DNA of 64,000 nucleotides from Acidobacteriota bacterium (GCA_003224085.1 QHYK01000063.1:2625-66624); one strand, 5' to 3'. Shown: positions 27,378-37,579, counted from the stretch's first letter. Translations and numbers: made by a program. Notes: generated by a model not told the origin, from the sequence alone.

Positions 27378-28235
27378 ATGGCTTCTATCCCTCGGTATCT
27401 AAGTATCCCGCTGCCGAATGGCTCGCGGATTTCTATTCTTCACTCCCTGCCGTTTTTTCTCGTTCATCTTGCTGCGCTGCTGGTTTTCTTCATCCCCTTT
27501 CATGGGTATTACCTCCTGACTACCCTTGCACTTCTCGGCGTGCGCATGTTCTTCGTCACGGCCGGGTATCATCGCTATTTCTCGCATCGCTCATTTAAAA
27601 CCAGCCGCGCGTTTCAATTCATCATCGCCTTCATGGCCATGTCTTCTTCGCAAAAGGGCGTGCTGTGGTGGGCGGCGCACCACCGCCATCATCACCGGTA
27701 CTCGGACCAGGAGCTGGATTTGCATTCGCCGACGCTCTTCGGCTTCTTCTGGTCGCACATCGGCTGGATCCTTTCGGACAAATACAACGGCACGCGCATG
27801 GATTACATCGGCGACTTCGCGAAATTTCCGGAGCTGCGCTGGCTTAACAAGTATCACATGATGCCGCCGGCCGCGCTCGGCACCGTGCTGTGGCTCATCG
27901 GCGGATGGCCGCTGTTTATCTGGGCTTTCTGCCTCGGCACCGTGCTGTTGTGGCACGACACCTTCACCATCAATTCGCTCTCGCACCTGTTCGGCTCGCG
28001 CCGCTATGAGACCAGCGACACCAGCCGCAACAACTGGTTGCTCGCGCTATTGACCCTCGGCGAAGGCTGGCACAACAACCATCACCATTTCATGGCTTCG
28101 GCGCGCCAGGGCTTTTACTGGTGGGAGATTGACGTCACCTATTACACGCTGAAACTCATGTCCTGGCTCGGCATTGTGTGGGACCTGCGCAAAGTCCCCG
28201 CCCACATCCTCGAAGCACAACCGGCCGCCGCGTAG
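27378..28235 (+). CDS. Delta-9 type membrane fatty acid (acyl-CoA/acyl-lipid) desaturase
   Basis: Three His boxes HRYFSH, HHRHHH, HNNHH; GGAGG SD before ATG 27378. Confidence 0.93.
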   Translation: MASIPRYLSIPLPNGSRISILHSLPFFLVHLAALLVFFIPFHGYYLLTTLALLGVRMFFVTAGYHRYFSHRSFKTSRAFQFIIAFMAMSSSQKGVLWWAAHHRHHHRYSDQELDLHSPTLFGFFWSHIGWILSDKYNGTRMDYIGDFAKFPELRWLNKYHMMPPAALGTVLWLIGGWPLFIWAFCLGTVLLWHDTFTINSLSHLFGSRRYETSDTSRNNWLLALLTLGEGWHNNHHHFMASARQGFYWWEIDVTYYTLKLMSWLGIVWDLRKVPAHILEAQPAAA

Positions 28236-28260
28236 GCAGTCTCTTCTGGAAGCGGCATCC

Positions 28261-28461
28261 TCAGCGACGGATGCTAAGTTGCACATCCGGCTCGTAGCCT
28301 TCCTCTTGCACCGTTTTCTTCGCGACCGTGCGCAGGGTCTGTTCGTCCGCATCTTTCGGCGCTTTGCAATGGCGCCGAATCACTTCTTCCCCCGATACGA
28401 TTCGAACCAGCCAGTTGGATTTGTTTGCATCCCAGGACATTTCCACTCGGTCGGCATGCAT
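28261..28461 (-). CDS. Small hypothetical protein
   Basis: MHADRVEMSWDANKSNWLVRIVSGEEVIRRHC...; SD GGAGG; 66 aa. Confidence 0.75.
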   Translation of the reverse strand: MHADRVEMSWDANKSNWLVRIVSGEEVIRRHCKAPKDADEQTLRTVAKKTVQEEGYEPDVQLSIRR

Positions 28462-28573
28462 CGCTTTCCTCCATGCCACAATTTACGGAGGATTCTACTC
28501 CTCGGAGCGGCCTTACGGAACCCCACACGTTGCCACAGGCCGGGGGGTTAGATTGGAGAGCCCGGCACGTTCT

Positions 28574-28753
28574 TTAGTGGGGCTGGCCGAAGAGCGTGCG
28601 GAAGCCCCAGAAGGCGGCTGCGCCGAAAATCACGAGGAACGCCACTCCGGTCAAGCGGCCCGAGGTAGGAGTCTTGCTCCAAGACTGGAGCACGGCAACC
28701 ACTCAAACGATGAAAACCAGGATGGCGGCTGCACCAAGAAGTTTCAGCCACAT
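28574..28753 (-). pseudogene. Small two-TM membrane protein gene with an in-frame TGA at codon 17 (nonsense mutation or recoded)
   Basis: GGAGG SD, then MWLKLLGAAAILVFIV*VVAVLQSWSKTPTSGRLTGVAFLVIFGAAAFWGFRTLFGQPH and TAA; TGA at 28705-28703. Confidence 0.7.
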
Positions 28754-28987
28754 GGTTCAAGCCTCCGCGAAACGGCAAGACCAGTCCGCTCTGTGCGAGG
28801 CGAACCGCAGTTTACTCAGATATCGTGACACGGGGCGAAGGCGAGCGCGGTGAGGAAGGTCACCACCGCGTGGGAGCATGCCCGGGATTGGCCGGCGAGT
28901 CGCGATGGTGTCGGAACGGCTGGCGGCGCAGCCGGTGGCGAGAACCTAGGAGAGAATGCGGCTCGCGAAGGGAGGTGTTTTCAGCCC

Positions 28988-29412
28988 ATGTCGAGGAGAG
29001 TGGCATGCTGGTTTTTCGCCCTTGCGATTGGCCTGAGTTTCGGATGGGTTCTGCGCGGCCAGGAATCGGTCGGCTCGATCGCAGAGGTGTACTATTGGAA
29101 AGCGAAGCCCGGGAAACTGGACGACTCCAACCGTTACATCCAGACCGTCGCGGAGCCCGTGGACTTCGAGGCGCGGCGCGCTGGCGCTTTTCCTTTCCAT
29201 CACCACCTACGTCTCTCGCAAGCCCGATTCTCTGGATGCCCATGCGGATCTTTGTTTTGAAGGACAAGGAGCAGGCTGCGAACTTTGAGAAGGCGCTCGA
29301 CGACGCCGGTCTCGGCGTGCAGCCTGACGAGAGCAAGCGCAAGGCCAACGGAGAACTCGCCGCCACGCTTCGCGATGCGGTCGGGCACGAAGAACTGGAG
29401 ATTTTGAAGTAG
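28988..29412 (+). pseudogene. Frameshifted secreted alpha/beta-barrel-like protein gene
   Basis: Signal peptide and EVYYWKAKPGK in one frame, FLSITTYVSRKPDS in the second, MRIFVLKDKEQAANFEKALDD...EILK* in the third; shifts near 29187 and 29232. Confidence 0.7.
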
Positions 29413-29453
29413 GTGTGTGTGGGGGTGCGTTTGGAGCGCGTCCCCATCCACAG

Positions 29454-30107
29454 TTAGAGCAGAACCAGGCCGCGTCGAATGCCGAGAGAAACCGCTTCCG
29501 TGCGGCTTGCAGCGCCGAGCTTGCCTAGGATGGATGCGACATGAAACTTGACGGTGTGGTCGGAGATTTTGAGCTTCGCCGCGATTTCCTTGTTGCCCAG
29601 TCCGCCCGCCAGCATTTGCAAGACTTCGCTCTCGCGCGGTGTGAGCGCTTCGACAAGTTCGCCCAACTCCCGCGAGCGGGCTGCCGCGGAGGCGAATCCA
29701 TTTGCGGCAACCGGCCCTGAAACTTGAACCGGATGCAGCACCAGCAGGCCGCTGGAGGCGGCTTGTAGTGCAGCGACGAGTTGGTCACGAGAAACATCGT
29801 TGGGCAAAACTGCCCGCACTCCGGCACGGAGCGCCGTGGGCGAAGCGCCGAGCGCCGCCGGTTCCACTAGAAGCAACACATGGAAATCGGACGACAGGCT
29901 CGAAGCGACGAGCGCATCGACAATAGACTCGATTGGCTCACCGCTCGAATCCACGAGAAGCGCATCTGCAGGCGCGTCGTCGAGTCGGCCGTCGAGATCG
30001 TCGAGCCTCGCAAAACTGCCCGCGACCTCGACGTCGCGAGCTGCGAGGAGATTCTCCAAGCCGGCGCGCGCCAGCGGCGAAGCCGCGACAATGAAAACGG
30101 AGATCAC
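29454..30107 (-). CDS. NarL/LuxR family response regulator with atypical receiver domain
   Basis: LTPRESEVLQMLAGGLGNKEIAAKLKISDHTVKFHVASILGKLG LuxR HTH; receiver lacks the acidic pair and the conserved Lys. Confidence 0.92.
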   Translation of the reverse strand: MISVFIVAASPLARAGLENLLAARDVEVAGSFARLDDLDGRLDDAPADALLVDSSGEPIESIVDALVASSLSSDFHVLLLVEPAALGASPTALRAGVRAVLPNDVSRDQLVAALQAASSGLLVLHPVQVSGPVAANGFASAAARSRELGELVEALTPRESEVLQMLAGGLGNKEIAAKLKISDHTVKFHVASILGKLGAASRTEAVSLGIRRGLVLL

Positions 30108-30973
30108 GCCGCGGCGGAGCTCCGTGCCGCCAGTGGGTTTCCGAGTTGAATGGTGACGCGGCGTATCCGCTTGTAATCACCGCGAAGAAACTTGAGACGC
30201 AAGACGCGCAGTCCGCTTCCTTGGAGAGCTCGCGCTAGGTCCTGGAGCGAAGCAAAACGTCTTTCTTCAGTGCCTAGCAAAATGTCGCCGGGCAACAACG
30301 AGGCGAGTGCCGCGGGACTGTCAGGCGCAACGTCGAGAATGACGACGCCAAAGGCTTTGCTGCGAGAATCTGGCCGGGGGACGAACGCCGGATGCACGGT
30401 GACGCCAAGCCGGCCGTCGCTCGGGCTTGCGGAAATAAAGTCGCGCACCGCGTTGCTGGGGATGGCCAGCGCAAGGCGGCCCGCGACCATGGTGTTGAGG
30501 CCAACGATGTGGCCGCGAGCGTCAGCCAGGGGCCCGCCGGAATTGCCAGGCGCGAGACGCACCTCCGCCTGCACCCAGGAATGCGGGCCCAAGCCACGAA
30601 CCGGGCCCAGGCCATGAATCACGCCAGTGGCAAGCGCCCCGACGAAGCCCATAGGGTTGCCGACGGCGATGGCGAGCTCGCCCGGACGCAATTGGGAAGA
30701 ATCCGCGGCCGAAGCAGCAGTAAGATTTGTCGCGTCGATGCGAAGCTGCGCGAGATCCCGCAGAGAATCACGCGACTGAATTCTGGCCTCAAATTCGCGC
30801 CCATCCCACAGCTCGACCATGGGCCGCCCGCTTCGCACAACATGCGCGTTGGTTACCAACGTGCCGTCGTTCGACCAAATCACGCCGGAGCCCGACCCGC
30901 GGCCACCGGAGTAAATCAGAACCGTCGAGCGCCGCAGTTCTTCTGCGATTTCACCGAATCCCGGGATGGCCAT
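30104..30973 (-). CDS. Cytoplasmic HtrA/S1C family serine protease with PDZ domain
   Basis: Triad motifs VTNAHVV, DLAQL, PGNSGGPL; C-terminal PDZ (DSPAALASLLPGDILL); no signal peptide. Confidence 0.92.
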   Translation of the reverse strand: MAIPGFGEIAEELRRSTVLIYSGGRGSGSGVIWSNDGTLVTNAHVVRSGRPMVELWDGREFEARIQSRDSLRDLAQLRIDATNLTAASAADSSQLRPGELAIAVGNPMGFVGALATGVIHGLGPVRGLGPHSWVQAEVRLAPGNSGGPLADARGHIVGLNTMVAGRLALAIPSNAVRDFISASPSDGRLGVTVHPAFVPRPDSRSKAFGVVILDVAPDSPAALASLLPGDILLGTEERRFASLQDLARALQGSGLRVLRLKFLRGDYKRIRRVTIQLGNPLAARSSAAA

Positions 30974-30974
30974 G

Positions 30975-31889
30975 TCATTCGGCTCCGTGCACGCGCTCGC
31001 CTACGACAATGCTGGCTTCCTGAAGCGCACCGCCGCGAACGAATTTGACAGGAAGCGATTTCCCAATCGACTCCGCGCCGAGCTGCCCGTGAACATCTTC
31101 GAGCCGCGTGACCGCATGGCCGGCCAATGCGACAAGAATATCGCCGATGACGATGCCGGCTTTGTGCGCCGGACCCTCGGGCTCGACCTCGAGGACGATG
31201 GCCGCGGTTTTGTCGTCGTGTTTTAGCGTTGTTCGAAGCGCATCGGGCAAACGCACCGGCTGCAAGCCGACACCAAGATAGCCGCGAGGAATGCGGCCTT
31301 TTTGCTGAAGCAGGTCGACAACGCGGTTTACCGCGGGCGCGGGAACAGCGATAGCTCCGAAGCGTGCGAAACGCGGCGTGGCGATCCCCACGATTCGGCC
31401 GTGCGGATCCACGACTGCGCCGCCAACGGCCGTCGGTTGGACGCCAATGTCGAGCCGAATGTACGGAGCAAGCGCCGCGCTCGCCCAGCTGCGCCGCTCG
31501 GCGACAACCAGGCTGACCGCGCCAAGCGCGGCCACCGGACCGCTGGCGCGCGTGCGCCCCACCACGAGTGCAAGGCTGCCGGGCTTGATCGTTGAGACGT
31601 CGCCCGCTTCGGCAAAAGACGAAGACGCTTCCGCGCACTTCAGCACCGCCAAGTCGGTGGACGCATCCCGGCCCACCAGAGTGGCGGCGACAACGCGGCC
31701 ATCGGGCAGAGTGACGTGAATGTCTTCGTCGCGGCGAAGCGCATGCTCAGCGGTGACGATGACGCCGCGGCGCCACACAACTCCGCTCGACGAACCGCGG
31801 GGCTCCGTGTGAACGGCGACTGCGCTTGCCGCGGCGCGATCGGTAGCCTGCGCCAGGGCGTTCGAAAGAGAAATCAATTCTGCGGACAT
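30975..31889 (-). CDS. HtrA/S1C-like PDZ protein lacking the catalytic serine (pseudoprotease)
   Basis: VTAEHAL and TDLAVL are retained but the nucleophile loop is QPTAVGGAVVD; PDZ GYLGVGLQP..GPAHKAGIVIGDIL; SD GGAGG before ATG 31889. Confidence 0.85.
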   Translation of the reverse strand: MSAELISLSNALAQATDRAAASAVAVHTEPRGSSSGVVWRRGVIVTAEHALRRDEDIHVTLPDGRVVAATLVGRDASTDLAVLKCAEASSSFAEAGDVSTIKPGSLALVVGRTRASGPVAALGAVSLVVAERRSWASAALAPYIRLDIGVQPTAVGGAVVDPHGRIVGIATPRFARFGAIAVPAPAVNRVVDLLQQKGRIPRGYLGVGLQPVRLPDALRTTLKHDDKTAAIVLEVEPEGPAHKAGIVIGDILVALAGHAVTRLEDVHGQLGAESIGKSLPVKFVRGGALQEASIVVGERVHGAE

Positions 31890-31990
31890 TTTAGGGACCT
31901 CCATGAACAAGATGCCGCAAGGGGAGAGGCGTCTACATCCGCCAAATGGCTAGGCACCGAGCCGCAAGAAAGAGCAGGAATTGCGGGAGT

Positions 31991-32200
31991 TCTAGAAGAT
32001 GCAGCGGCGTTCAGCCAATCCTGGTTGTCCACAAAGCCCATGAAGTGAGCAAAGCCAGGGAACAATCCAGTGAGGCCGAGGTTGTAAATCATGTCGAGCA
32101 GTCCGCGTTTCGCGGAATCCAGAAGGGTTGCATAAACCGGGAAGCGCCCCGCCAGCTGCTCAGCGAAGAAATTCAGGTGATTCATCAAAAGTGTGTCAAT
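31991..32200 (-). pseudogene. Fragment of a phage-type (T4/GH24-like) lysozyme gene
   Basis: AKRGLLDMIYNLGLTGLFPGFAHFMGFVDNQDWLNAAASSR resembles the lysozyme C-lobe (L.DM.FNLG..G...F......V...DW..AA); the catalytic N-terminus is absent. Confidence 0.55.
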
Positions 32201-32456
32201 AGGCCCATGAAGAAACCGGACTGTCTTTGCAGGTTGGGCTGTCTTTCTATTGCGAATAGTGTAGTCCCGGATGCTTTCGTTTCGCAGGGGGGACCTGGAG
32301 AGGTGATGACTCCTGCACGACGGTCTCGTCGTTGCGCTCACCGGCGAGTTTGAAGGCAGTTTGCGGATGGAAAGGTCGTGAAAGGGGTAACAAAATCCCG
32401 CGAGAGGAAAGAGTACTGCTCAAAAAAAAAAATGGACGGCGAGGATTGGAAAAATT

Positions 32457-32981
32457 ATGTTTCCCATTCGAATTGTGGCGATTCCGACCGAAGTTTCCGA
32501 GGAAGTGCGCAAAACGATGCGCGCTCCCTTTCATGGATTTCCTGCTCACGCCGAACTGGCAACCGACAATGCTCCATGCCGGCACTGTTTGCGCACGATT
32601 GTTTCCGGCAAGGACCGCAGAATCCTGTTTACTTACGACCGCTTTGCCGGCGTCGAGGCATTGCCGCAACCTGGCCCCGTGTACATTCACGAAGGCCCTT
32701 GCCCGCGATACGAGAGTGACTCAGGTTTTCCGGAAGAACTTCGCGGCAGCCCGCGCACACTCGAGGCTTATGGCCGAGGCCGGCGTCTCCTGGGGCAGGA
32801 ATATGTGGCCGACGGAAAGTTCGAGCCGGCGGTCGAAAAGCTCTTCGGGCATGAAGAAGTGGACTACATTCAAGTGCACAGCACGATCGCAGGATGCTTT
32901 ACGTTTCGAATTGAGCGAGCCGACCGCCAGGTAACTGCTCCGGAAGCAACCTCAGCTAGCTCTCAGCCAGCAAGAATGTGA
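32457..32981 (+). CDS. DUF1203 domain protein
   Basis: PCRHCLR, LFTYDRF, QPGPVYIHEGPC, VDYIQVHSTIAGCFTFRIER. Confidence 0.88.
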   Translation: MFPIRIVAIPTEVSEEVRKTMRAPFHGFPAHAELATDNAPCRHCLRTIVSGKDRRILFTYDRFAGVEALPQPGPVYIHEGPCPRYESDSGFPEELRGSPRTLEAYGRGRRLLGQEYVADGKFEPAVEKLFGHEEVDYIQVHSTIAGCFTFRIERADRQVTAPEATSASSQPARM

Positions 32982-33334
32982 CCCACCGTAACTCCGATTT
33001 CGCACGCCGGTCCCGGCGTCAATGCGGACATTTGGATCCCCAAACAAACGGATCGCTTTCGCTGCATTTATGCCCGCGTTCATTCTCTGCTCGGATGGAT
33101 TCTCGTTCCCATTGGACGCGCAGTCGTCAGTGGTCTGATCCCAGGGCAAGTAATTTTCCCGGTTTGCCGCGGAAGGCTCTTGCGCGCGTTGGAATGGCGA
33201 TTCACGGGATTGTAAACCATAATTGTTGGGAGTAGGCTCGGGCAAGCCTCACTCCTACCCCGCACCCCTAAAACATGCGGTGAGGCCCGATGCCGTCTCC
33301 GAGGTGACCAAAAGAACCGGAGAAGGAGCACGCT

Positions 33335-33781
33335 ATGCCCAGCGATAACAAGAGCATTGTACGGCGCATGTACGAAGAGGTGTGGAACAAGCGGCGGCTG
33401 GAGGTGGCCGTGGAATTGATTGCGCCGAGCCATGCGGTGCAGCTCTTTGATGCCGCAGATTCAGGGGTTGGGCCGGAAGCGTATGCGCGAAATGTAACCC
33501 AGTTTGTGAGAGCGTTTCCCGATCTGAAGTTCACGGTGATGGATATGGTCGCGGAAAAAGACAAAGTGGTGGCCTTTTGGAATATTTCGGGAACGCACAA
33601 AGGGGAGTTTCGTGGAATTGCCCCCACGGGCAAAAAGGTTTCGATCGATGGAATCACCATCAATCATCTGGCCAACGGAAAGATCATGGATTCTTACGTC
33701 AGCCTGGACATGTGGGGCATGATGCAGCAGCTTGGCGCTATGCCTTGGTTTGGGAAGCCTCAGAAGGCTTCGGCAAGATGA
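33335..33781 (+). CDS. SnoaL-like ester cyclase (NTF2 fold)
   Basis: RAFPDLKFTVMDMVAEKDKV...GTHKGEFRGIAPTGKKV...DMWGMMQQLG; SD GAAGGAG. Confidence 0.92.
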   Translation: MPSDNKSIVRRMYEEVWNKRRLEVAVELIAPSHAVQLFDAADSGVGPEAYARNVTQFVRAFPDLKFTVMDMVAEKDKVVAFWNISGTHKGEFRGIAPTGKKVSIDGITINHLANGKIMDSYVSLDMWGMMQQLGAMPWFGKPQKASAR

Positions 33782-33895
33782 AAAGTGAAATAGGGCAGTA
33801 AGGAACTTTCCTGCCGCAGCCCGGGCAGTGTCGCCCTGAAACGCGATTGAAACGATTCGCCCTGATGAATCACTACCTTGACGGGAGGCGCTGTC

Positions 33896-34105
33896 ATGAG
33901 CGGTCAGGTTTTTTCTGTTCCGAATGCTATCTACGACATTTTGATACGCGACGCGGACGGCCGGCACCTCGAACTGGAAAGCTTTGAGGACTTGGAAACC
34001 GCACGGCGTCGGCTTCCCTCGATCGCGTCCCGGTATCCTGGCACGAAGGTCACCCTCTGGAACCGCCAAACGCGCGTTATCGTGGCGGAAACCGAAGGCT
34101 ATTAG
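33896..34105 (+). CDS. Small hypothetical protein
   Basis: 69 aa, SD GGGAGG. Confidence 0.7.
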   Translation: MSGQVFSVPNAIYDILIRDADGRHLELESFEDLETARRRLPSIASRYPGTKVTLWNRQTRVIVAETEGY

Positions 34106-34117
34106 CCGGGCGTAAGT

Positions 34118-34687
34118 TCATTCCCAAAGGAGAGCAAGCTCGCAGAATTTCTCTCCCGCTTCGGTGGGAACCGTGAAGTGGACGTCCACTTTTTTTGCAC
34201 CGGAAATCTCAAGAGCCTTCTTGAAGAAGCCCAGGATTACAAATCCCATGATCCGGTGCTCGCGAGAAAACCCGACATACTGGATCCTCGCGCTATGCGG
34301 ACCCTCCATCTCAGGAATGATCTGCACGCCGTCGAAATAGGTCGAGTGGACAGCGGCGATTCTCCGAATGACAAACTCCGGCGAGCCGAGCTTTACAAAA
34401 ATTTTATAAATGCCGGTAAGCTGCTTTGCGATTACGATTTCGGCGCGCTTGATCAGTTCTTCTGCGTTTCCGCCTGCCGTTTCCCGAATGTCAGCCTCAA
34501 GAAATCGAGCGAAGGCTGCGCAGGAATACCACGAAGAGGGCGAGATGGGCGGCTGGAGTATTTCTCTGGTCTGCTCATCCAGATGGGCGAAGATCCTCTC
34601 TAATTCCTCCTTTCCGGCGCGTGCTTTTATTGCTTCCATTGTGTCCAGCACGGCGGTGCCCTTGATGTGGAGCGCTTGGGTCTTCAT
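34118..34687 (-). CDS. Hypothetical protein, DUF2378/V4R-like ligand-binding fold
   Basis: KGTAV...., SSWYS, ILGFFKKALEISGAK..V, CELALLW pattern. Confidence 0.65.
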   Translation of the reverse strand: MKTQALHIKGTAVLDTMEAIKARAGKEELERIFAHLDEQTREILQPPISPSSWYSCAAFARFLEADIRETAGGNAEELIKRAEIVIAKQLTGIYKIFVKLGSPEFVIRRIAAVHSTYFDGVQIIPEMEGPHSARIQYVGFSREHRIMGFVILGFFKKALEISGAKKVDVHFTVPTEAGEKFCELALLWE

Positions 34688-34927
34688 TTTGGCAGGGTTT
34701 CGAAGCGTAAGGCCTTCCGTTTCTAGGTTAAGACATGGCGGCTAGGGCCGATTCTTGAAGCGACTTAAGAGTTAAGGCCGAACACAGCCGCAGGGGCAAG
34801 ATTGTTCTTATCCAGTCGTTTCCGTGATGCAATGCATTGAAACTTTCGAACCCATTTCGAGCGAAAAATGGAGCAATCGTCCCTCGCAAGTCGTAAAATC
34901 AAAGCAGCAGTTGAAAGGGGGGAGGCC

Positions 34928-35152
34928 ATGTCCAGGAAGTTGAAGAATTCCATGCCCGCCACCAAGAAAACGCGGTCCGAAAAAAACGCGCCGACTCACG
35001 CAGAGATTGCGCTGCGCGCCTACGAAATCTTCTTGGAACGCGGAAGCGCGCCGGGTGAGGCATTGCAGGACTGGATGCAGGCCGAGCGCGAGGTGCTGGA
35101 GAAATACAGTAAGCCGCGCGGGAAGGTTGGTCCGAGACTCGTCGCCGCCTGA
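34928..35152 (+). CDS. DUF2934 domain protein
   Basis: EIALRAYEIFLERG..PG..LQDWMQAEREV; SD GGGGAGG. Confidence 0.9.
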   Translation: MSRKLKNSMPATKKTRSEKNAPTHAEIALRAYEIFLERGSAPGEALQDWMQAEREVLEKYSKPRGKVGPRLVAA

Positions 35153-35225
35153 TATCGCACCAAGAACAAAGGGTGGAGTCACCGGAACTGCAATGCTCCA
35201 CCCTCTCCGTACAAACCTGTCTTTG

Positions 35226-35745
35226 TTACTGCCCTAACACGAACGTGATGGTCACAATCATCTGGACAGCAATCGGCTGATCGTTCAGGTACGTCGGCTC
35301 ATATTTCCATTTCTTCAAGGCTTCGAGCGCGGCTTGCTAGAGCAGAGGCGGTCCGGACACAACCTTCATCTCGACCACGTTGCCCTGCTCGTCCAGGATT
35401 GCGTCAATCTGCACCGGCCCTTGAATGTGAGCCCGCTTTGCAAGCGGCGGGTATTCGGGATGCACTTGGATGATGGCCTTTGGCGGTTTCACGCGTCCAC
35501 CCACCCGGATGGGCGCGGACTTTCCGGGCGTTGGTGGTAACGGCTTGGCTCCGGTTGCCCAGCACTCCACCAAGTACGCCGCCAATCACGCCACCCATTT
35601 GTCGGCCGGGCACGCCTCCTGGCACGCCGTCGGCCACACCACCGAAGCTGTCTGGTTCAACGGGCGCCTCTTTGATTTCAGCAACTTGCTTGGGAATGAT
35701 CGTTGGCGCGAAGAGTTTGCCGGTGATCAACCTTGCGCGCGACGA
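35226..35745 (-). pseudogene. tonB: Energy transducer TonB pseudogene
   Basis: GGVADGVPGGVPG..MGGVIGG linker in one frame; PIRVGGRVKPPK....PEYPPLAKRAHIQG.VQIDAILDEQGNV in another; in-frame TAG at 35339-35337, then QAALEALKKWKYEPTYLNDQPIAVQMIVTITF; the N-terminal TM anchor is missing. Confidence 0.85.
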
Positions 35746-35896
35746 GCAGGGCCTGTAACGCATTGAAACAAAAACGCTTACAGGAATTCTCTTGGCAAAC
35801 CCCGGCTGCCGTGGCCGATGAGTCGCAAGGAAAGGGGAAAAGTGAGTGACTTCGCGCACCGGACTTAGGTAGGTCTGGCACCAAGATGAGCGCCGC

Positions 35897-36169
35897 TTAT
35901 CGAACGTATCGGGCAAAAGAGTAATAGGCGATCAAGAAGACCGTGAACAGGATGACCCAGGAACTCCTAACTGCGTTTGGCTTTGTCTTCCTTTCCAGGA
36001 CATCGGCGATCGTTGAGCTGAGGAAAAACACTTGCAAGCTCGTCAGCACGCTCGCCGCGACTTCCACCAATGCAAACTGGTGCATTAGAGAGGCCAGGAA
36101 GATTAAGCCACTGATCACTGCGCCAGACAGGCTCAAGAAAATTGCAAAAATATGCCGGCGCATATCCAT
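35897..36169 (-). CDS. Small three-TM membrane protein
   Basis: 90 aa, three hydrophobic stretches, divergent from the AKR gene; weak SD. Confidence 0.55.
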   Translation of the reverse strand: MDMRRHIFAIFLSLSGAVISGLIFLASLMHQFALVEVAASVLTSLQVFFLSSTIADVLERKTKPNAVRSSWVILFTVFLIAYYSFARYVR

Positions 36170-36361
36170 TTCTGGCGCGTCTTCGTCCACAGGCTTTGCT
36201 CCGGTAGTGCAAAGGTTTGTCGGCAACGCGGGGCGTGGCCAAAACCACATCATTGTAGCGGTGGATTCGAGCGAAAGAGGCGAACTTTCTCGGCCAAGAG
36301 TATCCCAAGCTGCAAAATTCTCATCCAAAGGGATACCCCCCAAGGAAATGAGGAGAAGGCC

Positions 36362-37351
<990 letters not shown>

Positions 37352-37409
37352 TCCGTTAGGGAATCTCTTTTTTTATGCACCGTGGATCTTATACCTCGAC
37401 AGACATGGA

Positions 37410-37579
37410 GTGCCGTCCGTGATTCTGTCCGCAAAGTAGAACGAAAGACTGAGGCCAGCCTTGCATTGATCGTGAAGAACCTCGCAACGATCCAGACAGA
37501 TCTCGGACAAGGAAGCATTGTGATTCTCGAATCATCTTGAATCCGAATCCGGCGGTTGCCTATGGGCAAGAAGGATTAG
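37410..37579 (+). pseudogene. C-terminal remnant of a DUF5615 PIN-like protein
   Basis: VPSVIL, a frameshift, then ...LALIVKNLATIQTDLGQGSIVILESS*IRIRRLPMGKKD*; internal TGA at 37538-37540. Confidence 0.55.

Noticed and set aside
33040-33232. Peptide WIPKQTDRFRCIYARVHSLLGWILVPIG..VSGLI as a membrane-protein gene fragment
   Set aside because: Suggestive, but too short and without a start to support without a profile search
35337-35339. Pyrrolysine or readthrough at the tonB TAG
   Set aside because: The gene also has a frameshift and a 5' truncation, so decay explains it
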